From: Octopus sinensis
Taxonomy: Eukaryota
DNA length: 64,000 nt
Assembly (NCBI RefSeq): GCF_006345805.1
Contig: NC_043007.1
Coordinates: 29,388,001 to 29,452,000, forward strand
Direction of reading: 5' to 3'
The notes under the pieces are model-generated. The model did not search any database. It was not told the DNA's origin and saw only the letters and a list, made by a program, of their open reading frames with translations. Shown piece after piece: positions 39,661 to 53,575 of the stretch. Position numbers and translations under genes: made by a program. Each line of letters opens with the position of its first letter. The stretch's first letter is position 1.

Positions 39661-40558
39661 CTAGAAACACTGAAAGGAGATGAGGGGTTGAATGAAAGGA
39701 CCAGGACAGAAGAGATTTTTTGCTGTAGATGTGCTACATTTTAGAAGATAGGGTGAGAGGGATCAGGTTGGAGGTGGGAAGAGATTAAAATTGAGGTGAC
39801 GAGGGGACTGGGTGGATCTTCAACGTATGAGGTGAGTAGAAGTGAGAGGGGAAAGAGGAAGTAAGTATGGATGGGTGGGAGAGGCAAGAGTGTAGGGGAA
39901 AATAAGGGATGGAACATGGATGAGGTGAGGAGGGGCATGAAGTGTTGAGGGGTGGATGTAGTGAATTATGGATAAGGGGTTGGGAGTGTCCAGTGATGCA
40001 TGGGTGTGTTGATACAATAGACAGGAAACGGACGAGAGTGAGATGACGTTTGGTTGGGTAGATTGCCAGAGTGTGACGGGTAGAAGGAGGCAGGCATTGC
40101 GTGTGGAGAGAGGGAGAGAAAGAAAGACAATTTGGCGGCGTGGAGATGTGATCGATGTAAAATGTGGGTGGGGAGAACAACAGAAGGATGAAGAGTGGAA
40201 TATCAAGTGAAATGGTTATGAGTAACCTCCGACACATATCCAATTCCATCCACCCGTAATCGACCCTGCAATAGCCAGACCTTTAATAACTGCACTTTCC
40301 CATTTTTATTGCAGGATATTTACTTTATTTTCATCATTTAAGAATATGAATAAATTATAAATTATAATGAAGCAAGGCATTCTCTCCGCACGACTGCCGC
40401 CGCTCTCCTCTCATAATAAAAACTTACCCGAAGATATTAGTCTGACATGATGCGTTTCTATTGTTTTCTCCCTCAACTATATTTGTAGATATTCGCAATA
40501 AACAACACTGTTCTCCGTCTGTTTTAATATAAATACCGATTAATCGAACGTTTTGTCA

Positions 40559-40990
40559 TTTGCTTCCCAACCACAAGGTTCCGGGTTCAGTCCCACTGCG
40601 TGACACCTTGGCTAAGTGTCTTCTATTATAGCCTCGGGCCGCCCAAAGCCTTGTGAGTGGATTTGGTAGACGGAAACTGAAAGAAACCTCTCGTATATAT
40701 ATACATACATATATATGTATGTCTGTGTGTGTGCGTGTGTGTATGTGTGTGTGTGTGTGTGCGTGTGTATGAGTGTGTGTGTGTGTGAGAGACTTCATGT
40801 CTCGGTCCCCTTCCATCGTTTGACAATCGATGTTAGTGTGTTTACGTTCTCGTAATCTAGAGGTTCGACAAAAGTAGGCATTAGGCTTAACAAAACATTA
40901 AGTCCTGGGTCACTTCATTCGACTTGAATTCTTCAAGGCGGCGCCCCAGTATGGCCGCAGTCCAGTGACTTAAACAAGTAAAATATAACA
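40559..40990 (+). mobile_element. SINE family A, nearly complete, with internal microsatellite
   Basis: Head TTTGCTTCCCAACCACAAGGTTCCGGGTTCAGTCCC; tail GGCGGCGCCCCAGTATGGCCGCAGTCCAGTGACT. Confidence 0.85.
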
Positions 40991-41517
40991 GAACTGAGTA
41001 GAATAGGTTCCCCTAATGAGGTCTGATAACATCGAAACATGTCTGTTTTTTTCAACAATTGACTTTAAACGCCAGGCACTCCCCCCCTCCCCAATGCATC
41101 GTTCTTATTATCTACGAACTTTGATTGTTTCACTTTGTTGCGATTACTTTGCATAATTACTTTTTCGATCATCAACTACCCGGATATTGATGTTTTCATT
41201 GCTAGAATGGGAAAAAAAAAAACATTCTGCGACTGGGAGATGTAAACTGCCACAACCAACCGACTGAAAGAATCGTTCAAAGAATTTACTGTAAAAGTAA
41301 AAAATCAAAGAAAATAGAGCGAAAACAGATTTTTCATGTTGAGTAATGTTCTGTGATTTTGTGTGGTCAGTGGAGCGTAGTTCTGAAGAATGAGATTCTG
41401 CCCTTCCTATAGTACACACACGCACATACACACACACGCACACACGCAAATATATATATATATATATTATATATATATCTATATATATATATATATGTAT
41501 ACTATATGTATAGTATA

Positions 41518-41590
<73 letters not shown>

Positions 41591-41768
41591 CATTTTGTGT
41601 TTATGTTTTCGTTTCTCATTGTGTTCAACGTTTTTTGATGTCCTGTATTCATATATGCATGTATATATACATTATGTGTGTGTGATGTATGTATGTATGT
41701 ATGTATGTAATGTGCATATATTACATATGTATATATATATACATATATATATATATAAACATATATAT

Positions 41769-41801
<33 letters not shown>

Positions 41802-42098
41802 GCACACACACATACTCACACACATGCACACAAACACACACACACACACACACACACACATATGTATACGTGTATATGTATATGTGTGTTTGTATAGGAA
41901 GCAGGAAATATGAAATAATTTGTGACAATAATTATAGAAATAAAATTTTAATTAAGAAACAAAATAGAATAAAAATTTAAAAAAAATGAATTATCAATAA
42001 AGTGTTCGAAGTCGTTTTACGTCGGCCATTGTGATGAGGAGGCGGAGGAGGAGGAGGAGGAGGAAGGACGAAGATATGAAGGAGATGAAGAGGATATG

Positions 42099-42160
<62 letters not shown>

Positions 42161-42375
42161 GCTCATAATAAAAGTGATGGAAGCTGGAAGATAATTTTCT
42201 GCCTGATGAATTTAACGTAAAGCAAATAGAATTAGAATTTTGTTGAAGTGTTGTGTATCAGCTTTAATTTAAGTGGGAAAATATCTTCATGAACGAAATG
42301 TCTTAAGGAAACACTTAGCGAAGCCGCTCCTAGATATGGCCAAGTAGACATTTACTACTACTACTACTACTACTA

Positions 42376-42425
<50 letters not shown>

Positions 42426-42573
42426 ACGATATTATCACATAACTTGGTTTTAATTTGAAGATGAACAATTCGGTGTGTGTAGTTTAAGGCCAATCAATGT
42501 ATAAAGAGAGTTCTTTCCTCTCGGTGTCGGGAAGACACTCGGCAAGAAATGGAAACAAAATTGAAAGAAAAAC

Positions 42574-42619
<46 letters not shown>

Positions 42620-42990
42620 CGACGTATCAATCTCAACAGATGACAATGTATCGTTAAAAGAAACGGAGAAACTCGCGAAATACAATGATATAGGAATAGA
42701 GATAAGAATATGGAAGCTAAAAACAGAAACAATCTTTATAATAATCGGTGCATGAGATATGGTAAAAAACATTCAGATAAATCCATATCCAAAACATCAG
42801 AATTTACAAGTCTATATAACATAGAGAAAATAACACTTCTGGGCACCGCACATATCCTACGCAAACCACTTTCCATAAAGTAAAAAAAAAAAAAATAACA
42901 ATACTAAAACAAACCACAGCACATAGCCAAGGCACACAGAGCTGCACTCAATGGTGCAGTGAAAACAAGTGATAAAGACAAGGCTACTGA
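42620..42990 (+). mobile_element. 5'-truncated R4/Dong-type non-LTR element (REL endonuclease C-terminus plus 3' UTR) inside (TAA)n
   Basis: IIDVSISTDDNVSLKETEKLAKYNDIGIEI.IWKLKTETIFIIIGA and NIEKITLLGTAHILRKPLSIK* match the R4-clade D...P.D....KE.EK..KY and ALLGTA.ILRK signatures. (TAA)n at 42574-42619 and 42991-43013. Confidence 0.85.
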
Positions 42991-43011
42991 ATAACAATAA
43001 TAATAATAATA

Positions 43012-43078
<67 letters not shown>

Positions 43079-43269
43079 CATCTATTTGCCACAAGGGCAA
43101 AGGATGAGGAGGAAAATACAAAGGCAGACACAAAGTGCGGAGGTTTACATATAATGAAATGATAAAATAAGTAAATAAAAAAAAGGGAGGTAAGTATGGA
43201 CAGAATGCAATGAAAAGGAAGGGAAATATAGATGGAGTAGAAAGGGGAAAGGAGTGGATTTTGATACTA

Positions 43270-43910
43270 GTGATGTAGTTCTCCTGATACAGGAGGAGAT
43301 CGAGGGATAATCGAGGAACCCCACCACAAGTGTCTCCACTGAGTCGAATCTGTAAGAGAGGGAACAAAACCATTGGCCTTATAGTGACCGAATGCCCTTG
43401 ACTTGGCCAAAATCATTATAGGTTGTGGCGACATGATGTGATAGCGAAAGTGTTACATTGGGAACTATGTGAAAAGTGGGGTCCCGAGAGAGGCATGGTA
43501 TGAACACAAACCGCAGGGATTGGCGGAGACGGGGAGCTGCAAAATCCTGTGGGATTTCCCAATCCAAACATAACAAACCGGAGCTGGTGGTGATGGACAA
43601 GGTGAACCACATATGCTATATAATTGATGTTGCGTGCCCCCTTGATCCACGAATAGTCAAGAACGAAGGCTAAAATATAGACACTCCTCATAAGTACACG
43701 AAAGCCCGACTACGAAAAATGAAGAAGGTGAGGATAGAGCCAATTCTTGTTGAGTCAGTATCAGACGGCGTCAAAGGAAACATAAAAGGACATTGGAATA
43801 GAGTGCTCAGAAGAGTTTTTGCAAAAGGTTTGCCTCTTTGGCACGGCCAGAATAATCAGGAAAGAATTAGATAGCTGAAAAGAACAAATAGCATGGTGCC
43901 ATAGGCTGCT
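43270..43910 (+). mobile_element. Second, more decayed R4/Dong-type fragment (CCHC plus REL endonuclease)
   Basis: IVTECP*LGQNHY..RHDVIAKVLHWELCEKW, WYEHKPQG...KILWDFPIQT, KPELVVMDK...IIDVACPLD and LQKVCLFGTARIIRK. Confidence 0.85.
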
Positions 43911-44941
43911 TTTTAAAATCAAACGCAAAGAAAAAAAAAAAAAGAAAAGCAAAAGTGAAATTGATAGGATTTGAACTTAGAACATACGTAGTTGAACTAA
44001 ATACTGTAAGACATTCTGTTTGCAATTTGCTGTGTAAATGTGTCGGATGAGTGAAGCATTTTTACAAGTTCAGAAGAAAGGAGTGTATCGTGTGTGTATG
44101 TGTATACAATATATGGAGAGTATGGATAGAAAACGGTTGATAGTATATATGTGTGAAGCGTGTGTGTACACACGCATGCGTATGTTAGGGGAGGACATGA
44201 TGGTTGTTGATACCATTAGAGACATATATGTCTTATGCGGCAGATCAATTGCTGTTCACGACGAAGTCGGGAAACGGGAGCACCAGGGATTTGCAAAATA
44301 TCAAACCCAGTTTGGTACTACTAGAGTGTTATAGGAGTTGCGATATGAGAGATAAGTAAAGATTACGTTCCTTGATTTCGTTCAATTGTTCTTTCGGTCA
44401 ATCGTACACAGCAGCAGTAAATTTTGAAGAAATTGATAGTGCAAGTGGCATACATTGTCTGTTGTCACATGAGAAGACATCAGAAAATCCTTAAGGAAGA
44501 ATTTGGAAATGGTTTCATGTCGCTCTTTAAGAATGGTGTAAGATGGCAGATGATGTAGGATTTCTCTGTGAAAGAGAGACGGCAACATTTCGACCGTCCA
44601 GAAACGCTTGTGTTTTTTCTAACATTGCTCACCACTGGTCTCCGTTTGTTCTATTTACCACTGACCTTTCTACAGCAGCTTAAATAAAACGCAAATATCT
44701 CGGATCACATTTTCTGATTTACTGTTCTTTCTCTCATTCTAAGATATGTGAGTGAATGCATGTGCTGCATATGTAGGTGTGTATGCATGTATATATATAT
44801 ATTTTTGTTATTTTTTATTTGCCCTGTCCGTGTGAGCTAACAATCGTACTGACTTTCATGGGAAACATGTATTTTCGTGGTTGAAACCTTTTGGATTAAC
44901 TGGTGCTAGAGTGAGCCATATAGTGACCACTCTCTTATATT

Positions 44942-44991
<50 letters not shown>

Positions 44992-45118
44992 TATATAATA
45001 TTATAATATGTGGTGGTGTGTGTGGTGTGTGTATGTATATATATATATGTATATATATTATATATATATATATAAAAAATACTATATATATATATATAAT
45101 ATTGTAATATATATATAC

Positions 45119-45186
<68 letters not shown>

Positions 45187-45494
45187 CAGAGAGAAAGAGT
45201 GTGGTAGGAGGAGAGAGTAAGAAAAGACAGAAAAAATGAAGGGCAGCATTGTGCCGTGTAATTTAACAGTGTGTATTCACAAATTATGGAGCATTTAGAA
45301 ATTCTAGATGAGTTGAATGGAGAGGCGGGGTTGGTGTTGGTGCTGCAGGCGGCGGGAAGTAAGCGAGAAACAAGTAAGTTAATTAGGTAAAGCTATCAAT
45401 AAGTTAATTAACTGTAACATGTAGAACATACAGTGGAGACCTGTCATCATCAAACCCTTTATTATTCGTTCACTTTTCTTATGCTTTACAGTTA

Positions 45495-45531
<37 letters not shown>

Positions 45532-45882
45532 CAATGACATGTATGTGCACAGCAGATAGTTTCCATAAAAGCAGGCTGCATGCACGTGTATAGGCACACA
45601 CACACGATATATATATTTATGTATGTATGTAAGTATGTATGTATGTATATATATGTATGCATGCATGTGAATGTATTTTGTTTGTGGCTGTGCAATTCTG
45701 CGTTAAAAATTTTAAAAAATCACCCAAGATTACCGAAGATTTTTGAAGACTGCATTCAATAAAAGTGCTCAATGCTTCGTATGATGTAGAGCATATTGAT
45801 AAAGTTCAATTCTGGAGTATTACAGATTGTTTCAACTAGGAAGGGGAAAGAGTGGAGAGAGAGAGACAGAGAGAGAGAGAGG

Positions 45883-45980
<98 letters not shown>

Positions 45981-46249
45981 TTAAATCTCGGTGGAGAAGA
46001 GTCCAGGCAAAAGACTCAGGGAAAATATAAACAAGAATAGAACCAGAACACAATGGTTGGAAGGTATCGTAGGAGCATAGATCACGTGGTTTCTAATGAG
46101 GGCCACGATGAAGATTTTGGAGCATAACAGGGGGAGTTTGAGGAACCAGATAAAATCAGTAAACAGAAGTCTGCCAATATATATATATATATATTTATAT
46201 GTATCTACATACATACATACATACTACATACATACATACATACATACTC

Positions 46250-46346
<97 letters not shown>

Positions 46347-46701
46347 TAATATTACATGTATAAATATGTATATACACACACACACACATATTCTCTAACA
46401 AGGATAGTAATGGCAGTGAACAATTTTGTACTCTACCAAATGTATTGAGTTATCCTTCAGCTTAATGCAAAGCTGCGTTTGCTTTAATATAAAAACATTG
46501 ATATACTGTAATCTGTGTGTGTGTGTGCGTGTGCGTGTGTATGTGCGTGAGCGTGTCTATGTCTGTGTGTCTGTGTATGTATATATATATATATATATTA
46601 CACACGCCGCACACACACGTTAGATTGGTTATTTTTCCGTTATTTCAGTTTCTGGTCAGACAATAATCGTCAGAAGGGACGTCAATTAAGGAGTAACTTG
46701 G

Positions 46702-46801
46702 NNNNNNNNNNNNNNNNNNNNNNNNNNNNNNNNNNNNNNNNNNNNNNNNNNNNNNNNNNNNNNNNNNNNNNNNNNNNNNNNNNNNNNNNNNNNNNNNNNN
46801 N
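46702..46801. other. Assembly gap (100 N)
   Basis: Run of exactly 100 n. Confidence 1.
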
Positions 46802-48291
46802 GTGTGTGTATATGTGTATGTGTGTATCTCTATTATATATTTGAGAAGCTTTCTGTGTCTGTGCATCGTTTCCCAGCTTTCTTTTATCACCTGTCTCTAT
46901 TGTTTCCTCTCACCTACCACTAAACTCCTCTATTTTGGGGATTCATTATTCTGCACCTCTTCCTTCTACTCGTTGAAATTTTTGCTACTTCCAGTTTTAA
47001 AAAATCTTTCCTTTCTCGTTTGTTCTCTCTATTATCTTCTTTTCCTTATTTTTTCTGTCACCAAATCATTCTCTTCCACCTCTCCCTCCCTCTCTCCCGT
47101 TCTTCCTCTCTCTGCCAGTTTATTAATATTGTATTAAGATTCATTTCCTTTCTTTTTCTCTCTTAATCCAATGACATTTTTAATAGCTGACTGGATTAAT
47201 GGTGATATATGTGGATTAGCTACCGAAATTGATATTTCAGCTGTTTTTAGTTAATTCAACCAGGAAGACAAAATCTTGTGGATGCTTGTTCAGTTTACGA
47301 TCGCTACAAAATTTCGTCTTACCAAAATTCACTTCAATCAAACTGATTCCATCATATCTACAAGGCTTCAGCACCGTTGTTGAGAGAATGAATTGTTCTG
47401 TATTGTTAAAATCCAGATGGTTCATGGTCCCCGTGGGGCCCTCAAAAGGAAATACTTTGTATAGAAAATAACATACAAGTAGTTTCTAAGTTTGTGAAGC
47501 CAGTGGTGAAGATACCTGTCCTCACAAGAGAAAACCGGAAGTTGGTGGGTTTCAAACCTCGGTTGAATGGCTCGAAATTTCCAGCAGATGAATGATTCTC
47601 TGCCCCGCCCCGATTCCAAACCAGATAATTATTTCATACTTTACTTCAATTTTGAGTTGTGTCTGGGGAGAGTCATTGACTCAAGAGAGTCAAGATTATT
47701 GAAAAGGTTGCAAGACGCAACAAAAATTTTAGGAAAATAAAAATAAGAAATAAGTGGAAATTTTACCGGTGAGTGTGTTACATTACAAAGCACAAAAAGA
47801 AAATGACTTTCCCCAGACACAACAGAATATGCTTCAACACACAAACTCATATAAAGAACCTTGCAAACCAAACCCCAAAACGAAATAATTCAATTTTGAG
47901 TTTTGTAGTTCAATAAACTCCGTCAACAATGTCCCTAAATATATCAAGTTTTCAGAGTCCGCAATGTTTGCCTTGATGGAACAGGAACTTTCTCACTTCT
48001 AGTATCAAGAGAAATGAAGATTTCCATCATTCTTGTCCCCTTTATTCATGAAAATACCCCGAAATCCCACCAAATTACTGCCGACTTGGAAAATGACCGA
48101 CGAGCTTACTTGATTAAAAACAAAAAAAAAAACCCAATGCACAGCAAACAAGATCTCCAAGACACACAATGTTTAGATCCTTTTTCATGTTGTGATAGTA
48201 TGGTCCCTTACAAAATGTTGTTGTGCTATTGGCATCTATTCTTCTGAATTGGGGACAACAAACAATGGAGACAAAAATACCAAGTGCCACA

Positions 48292-48478
48292 TTTCTTTTA
48301 TTCTTTTACTTGTTCCAGGCATTAGACAGCGGCCATGCTGGGGCACTGCCTTGAAGAATTTTAGTCGAACGAATCGACCCCAAAAGATGAACTTATTGTT
48401 TTAAAGCTTTGAACTTATTCTATCGGTTTCTTTTGCCGAACCGCAAAGCTACGGGGACGAAAACACACCAACACCGGA
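48292..48478 (-). mobile_element. SINE family A 3' half
   Basis: GCGGCCATGCTGGGGCACTGCC...TCTATCGG.TTCTTTTGCCGAACCGC...ACGGGGACG. Confidence 0.75.
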
Positions 48479-49073
48479 CTAAAGCCAACTCCACCTAAGG
48501 TTTGACAGTACCATTGGAAGAGTGTATACTACATCCTATACACAGTAACTGAGCGAAATGTGCTCAATAAATGGTTTATTTAAACTTAATATTTATCTCA
48601 TGATTTAAGTTTTACGCTATTGCGATCTTTAGTCGAGAACTGTTAAAAGCCAGAGCGACTGTTTCTGTCTGTGTTGGCCTTTTGTTTATTGGCTGCTATT
48701 TTTGCGTCCCTTGATTGATTGCTTTGTTGTAACCTAATGTGTACATTGGTGGGATTTGTTGGTGAGTCATATGTGGCTGGTTTTATTTTGTTTTGTTTTA
48801 CTTTTATTGTGTTCTGTCTTTGTTGATGTTCTCAATGGTTGTTCTCAAATATGGAGCAGCGAGAGTAGCACAAGCAAGAATATATACGCAACAGCAGTGA
48901 CTCAGTGATTGGCAGCAAGTTCTGAGCGCGAGAAAATCTGAACCAGCTTGTGGCATTTAACGGGAAAACTTAGTTGGTGGTAGGTAAAATAACCTATCTA
49001 CCCTAATATCCCCAAAATTGTATGTATGTATGTATGTATGTATGTATGTATGTATGTATGTATGTATGTATGT

Positions 49074-49180
49074 CATTGTTCAGTTTTATTTCAAGACTTC
49101 TTGCCAATAGAGAAAGAACCAGTTTCTAACCTAGATCCAAGGCTCCTTTATTGGAATTTCAGCATCAACAGGGTATTTCT
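49074..49180 (-). mobile_element. Short insert between two (TATG)n tracts, probably a retroelement 3' end
   Basis: The minus strand ends ...TTGAAATAAAACTGAACAATGA(CATA)n with AATAAA about 10 nt before the junction. The same microsatellite lies on both sides. Confidence 0.45.
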
Positions 49181-50336
49181 GTATGTATGTATGTATGTAT
49201 GTATGTATGTATGTATGTATGTATGTATGTATGTATGTATGTATGTATGTTTGTATGTATGTGTGTGTATGTATGTTTTGTTTTATGTGTGTCCTCATGC
49301 ATATAGTTGCATATCTAGTCATTCTCACATATATTTAAGTGATAAACTTTCGGAAAGTTTTATAGATTTCTACTGTTCCAGTGATGGATTGGATCTTTGT
49401 ATGTCTCACCATACATTTCTAGTGCATTATTTTATGCTTCCCACATGAATATTCTAACATTAATTTATGCAACAACCTTATGAAAGAAACATTTAATAAC
49501 ACACAAAGCTGTTAAATTCGCTTTAAAATTAAAATTTATTTTATGAGTCTCGGAATATTCTCCATACAGCTGCGGCGTGATCCACTGCGCTCGGAAAAGC
49601 AACATTTGCAGCTGTATCAGGAAAATTTTGTCCCTGATGAAATAAACTGAGATTTGAAGTAAACGAACGGGTTTCACATCCTTCAGTGACTTTTGTCACA
49701 ACGCCGTGGCCTCACAGTCAGCGCTTGGTCTCGGATCAAATCACTCGTTATACGTTACATTTCCAAAATTAATTTATTCTCCATAAAATGCTAAATATAC
49801 CAAACGTCATCGTTTTATGTTCTCGTTCATATTTTAAATATGCTAAAATTAATTCCATATTGTTTTTTTTATATGTCGATGATATTTCTAAAATATTTAA
49901 TCCAGAATCAAGTCTTTCCCCACTCCTACACTAACAGCTGTATGATTTTAAAGATTCATTTTATGGAATAATTTCGCTGAATTGTAATTAATAACTTGTT
50001 TATTAATTACAACCATGTCATTGATATTAAAATATTATTACTGGAAATCTTCCCTCCGTCACCAACACCAGTAACACCGCCATTACTATCGTCACTGTTG
50101 CCACCAGAACCACCTCCGCCGCCATCGACATCTTCACTACCAAAGCCGCCACCCCCGCCGCCGCCGCCTCCACCGCCAACACAATCATCGGCGCCATGTT
50201 ACAAATCTCATGTTTGAAGTCTGGAGAGGTTTTTCACCTTGGATTATTGATTGCTCGGATTTCTTGATTTGCAGCCAGATCGATAAAACCTGCTTATCAA
50301 TAAAAAAACAAACATATACACACACACACACACATA

Positions 50337-50389
<53 letters not shown>

Positions 50390-50739
50390 AACACACACGC
50401 ACACACACACAAGAACATGAAAAAAACCCCTACAGAATCAATATCGATTTTGTTAAGCCAATCCGTATTTTATGAGTTTCTTATCCGTTGGTAGCACATG
50501 GTGACGGCTATGTCTCTAATATGCTACGACTACGACTGTGATGGTGCTGTTGTTGTTGACGATGATAACGATGATGGTGGTGGTGGTAGGAGCGGTGTGA
50601 CGATGAGGGTAATGATAATGGTAACGATGATGATGTTGATGATGATAAATGTTGATGATGATGATGATGATAATACTGGTGTTCTGAAAGTAAGATGTCA
50701 GTTATTGATTGAGAAATGAAAGTGCTAGCAAAATCTCAT

Positions 50740-50778
<39 letters not shown>

Positions 50779-52360
50779 CACAGAAATATTCGCACATACG
50801 CATACAACCATGTACACACAAGCACACACATACGCATACAATCACACACATCAATGTACATATACACATGTACAAACAAATACAAACACACACATATACT
50901 TATAGATATACACATGGTCATACACACATGCACGTGACCTTACACGCATACATACAACACATTCAACAATACGCACACACACACACACACACGGAGAAAC
51001 ACACACACACACACACACGGAGAAACACTCACACACACACACACCCGTGTACGTAAAGTCACTCGGTGAAAGTCAAGATGACCTGAAGTTATAAGAATTT
51101 TGTACCTGGTCAGGTGGGGGTGGGGGCAATTGTCATTGCAACGCGTTGCTGCCTTCACCATTTGTCTTGTACGTTTCCTGGGTCCTCCCAGGTGACCCAT
51201 TTAGCAGAGCCCCTGTCAGTTGCCCTCCTCATCTGCCGTGATCATGTGGTATATGGTTGACCAACACGAACCATCAATCCAGCCGGGCCCTCACTTAAGA
51301 GGACACGGTAAGCAGGGTTTTTCATTGAATCTTGTGCGACTTTCAAGAAATTTAGTTTAACCCTAGGTCTGCCCTGGTCGACTAAGCGAATGGCCATAGA
51401 CAATCCAGTTACGACTATACCTTGTCTACACTACACTACCGAATATATCTTAAAATATCACCACCATTACCAGCATCAGCACCGTTGCAACCACCGTCGC
51501 CGCCATCACCGTTACCACCACAACCGCCTAAATACTAACGTGCTGTCTACCAAAATTTAGCTTCTCTTTGTTGCTGGGACCTAAAACCACTGCAAGACAC
51601 ACAGACAGAAACATTGACCTCGGCCATTCTCTACCACTATTTATGCTCTCTGCATTACAAGAATTTTCGTCGACACTATTTCCAAGGTCGACAAATATGC
51701 TTTCTTGTTGAGTCCCAGATTGAAGAGATCTCTGATAACATATATTCCAACCTTGACCACCCCATCTGCTTCCTATGTACAGAGAGGTCCCACAGCTACA
51801 TTGGACAACGAGTGTTTTCATTTTTTTAAAGAACAACATTACATCACACACCACAAAACGCAATTAGAGAGGAAAATGCGAGAGGGGTATACTTGTCTAC
51901 CTTATAAAATTCCTCTCAGAAATTAATTAAGAAGATTAATTATGAAAATCATATTCATATCGCAATACAATGTCAAAATCAACACACAAACACACACATC
52001 AAAAAATTAACACTAGGCTACTGACACAAAATATAAAAATACAAAGTAAAAATTTGACCGTGACGGACAAAACCAATTTGTGACTGATGAGGTATAATGC
52101 TAACGGTTAATAAACATTTGGTGGGAAAGTCAACACGAATTCAATCAGTATCTAAAAAGCAACACAAACGTCAAATAAATTCAACTTAATTCATGATGAT
52201 GAGACTGTAAAGGTCTAGAGGCGTCGGATATGGATTTCAGAACTCTGCTGCCCCAAAACCAGCTGTAAAATTTAATAGGAAAATATGAAAGAAAAGAAAA
52301 AAGATAATTTTTGCAATGTAGTCGTGCGTTTAAAGAAACACTCATAAACTGCTCTCCATG

Positions 52361-52467
<107 letters not shown>

Positions 52468-52468
52468 C

Positions 52469-52530
<62 letters not shown>

Positions 52531-52559
52531 AATATATATATATAATATATATATATATC

Positions 52560-53575
52560 GTTTCTGAACATCATCATCAAGTACACCAAGAACAAACACA
52601 ACAGCCAAAGAACTCAGAATTGTCAAAGCAGACAGAAAACGCAAAGATGTTGAATGTTGCAAGACAACCTGACATAGATTCGGTACCAGAACCAGATGAC
52701 AAAGTAATCTTTCATAGCTGTTGTTTAATGAAACTTGAGATGGTATCATTGCAAGACATTGCTGATCATAGGAGAACACACTTTGTGAATATCAGTCCAT
52801 CTTGCTTTTGATATTTGCTGCAAATCCGGTTCAGACCAGATTCCAGAAGAAACAGATGCACTTAAAGAACAACATCGCTGTTCCATTCCAGATTCACCAG
52901 AAACAAAATATTTCGAATCAAAAATAACACCCAAAAATAACAGAGGTTCAAACAGTCTTTATGGCCACGCGTGATTTAAAGTAAGCAATTCTACAGTTGC
53001 AAGGGTGGGGGAAGTGGGGGTGTTTCCATTTATAGAATTTACGGAGTTGATTATTGGTTTCAGGAGCACCAAGAAATCTTGTTACTAATGCAACAAGTTG
53101 CCTGCAAACTTACTTTTACGACTCTTATGAATCAAGTTCCACAACGCATGCAGAGAGTGGCTGTAGATAATGGAAGAGAGAATCTCGAAGATGTTATTTA
53201 CTTTAAGCATCATTCCATTATAGTTTCACCTAACAGCACTTAATCATTCCTGTTTCTTCAAGAACGAATTGATGCCAGCGCAATACCAGAAAATGTATCA
53301 ACCGGATTACATGCTGACCAGAGGTGGTCAGATGGCGTACACTCCGATAGGGAGATCTTACCTACATGCAATGAGTTTGCTGTATTGGTGTCTGGTGATA
53401 ATGAGGAAACTCACCAACCTGGAAGAATATAGGTAAACAAGTTCCGAGCGGAGAACAATCAACAAAGTCTTCAAATATTTAGCGATTTCCATTAAGCCAA
53501 CAGCCCCATGATGTATCCGTGTCTTTTTTCTTCGTGATGCCTTGAATGGCATCTCAATATAATAAACCATTAATT
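52560..53575 (+). mobile_element. Helitron RepHel N-terminal remnant (pseudogenised)
   Basis: CCKSG, LQTYFYDSYE, LHADQR...ILPTCNEFAVLVSGD...LQIFSDFH*ANSPMMYPCLF...EWHLNI. These follow the order of the Helitron motifs CC..GK, LQIYF.D, PT..EVA.LI.GD...L..ISE.H..YD.LQYPLLF..G..GWH. Confidence 0.7.

Noticed and set aside
39700-40260. 154-aa and 128-aa minus ORFs rich in P/S/H/L
   Set aside because: Purine-skewed low-complexity sequence; no repeat periodicity or splice sites I could support.
44382-44588. Minus ORF with acceptor ctttcacag|
   Set aside because: Phase mismatch with the known exons, weak donor, unrecognisable peptide.
51600-51860. ..HPICFLCTERSHSYIG.. resembling a LINE C-terminal CCHC finger
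   Set aside because: Final Cys missing and flanking motifs not convincing.
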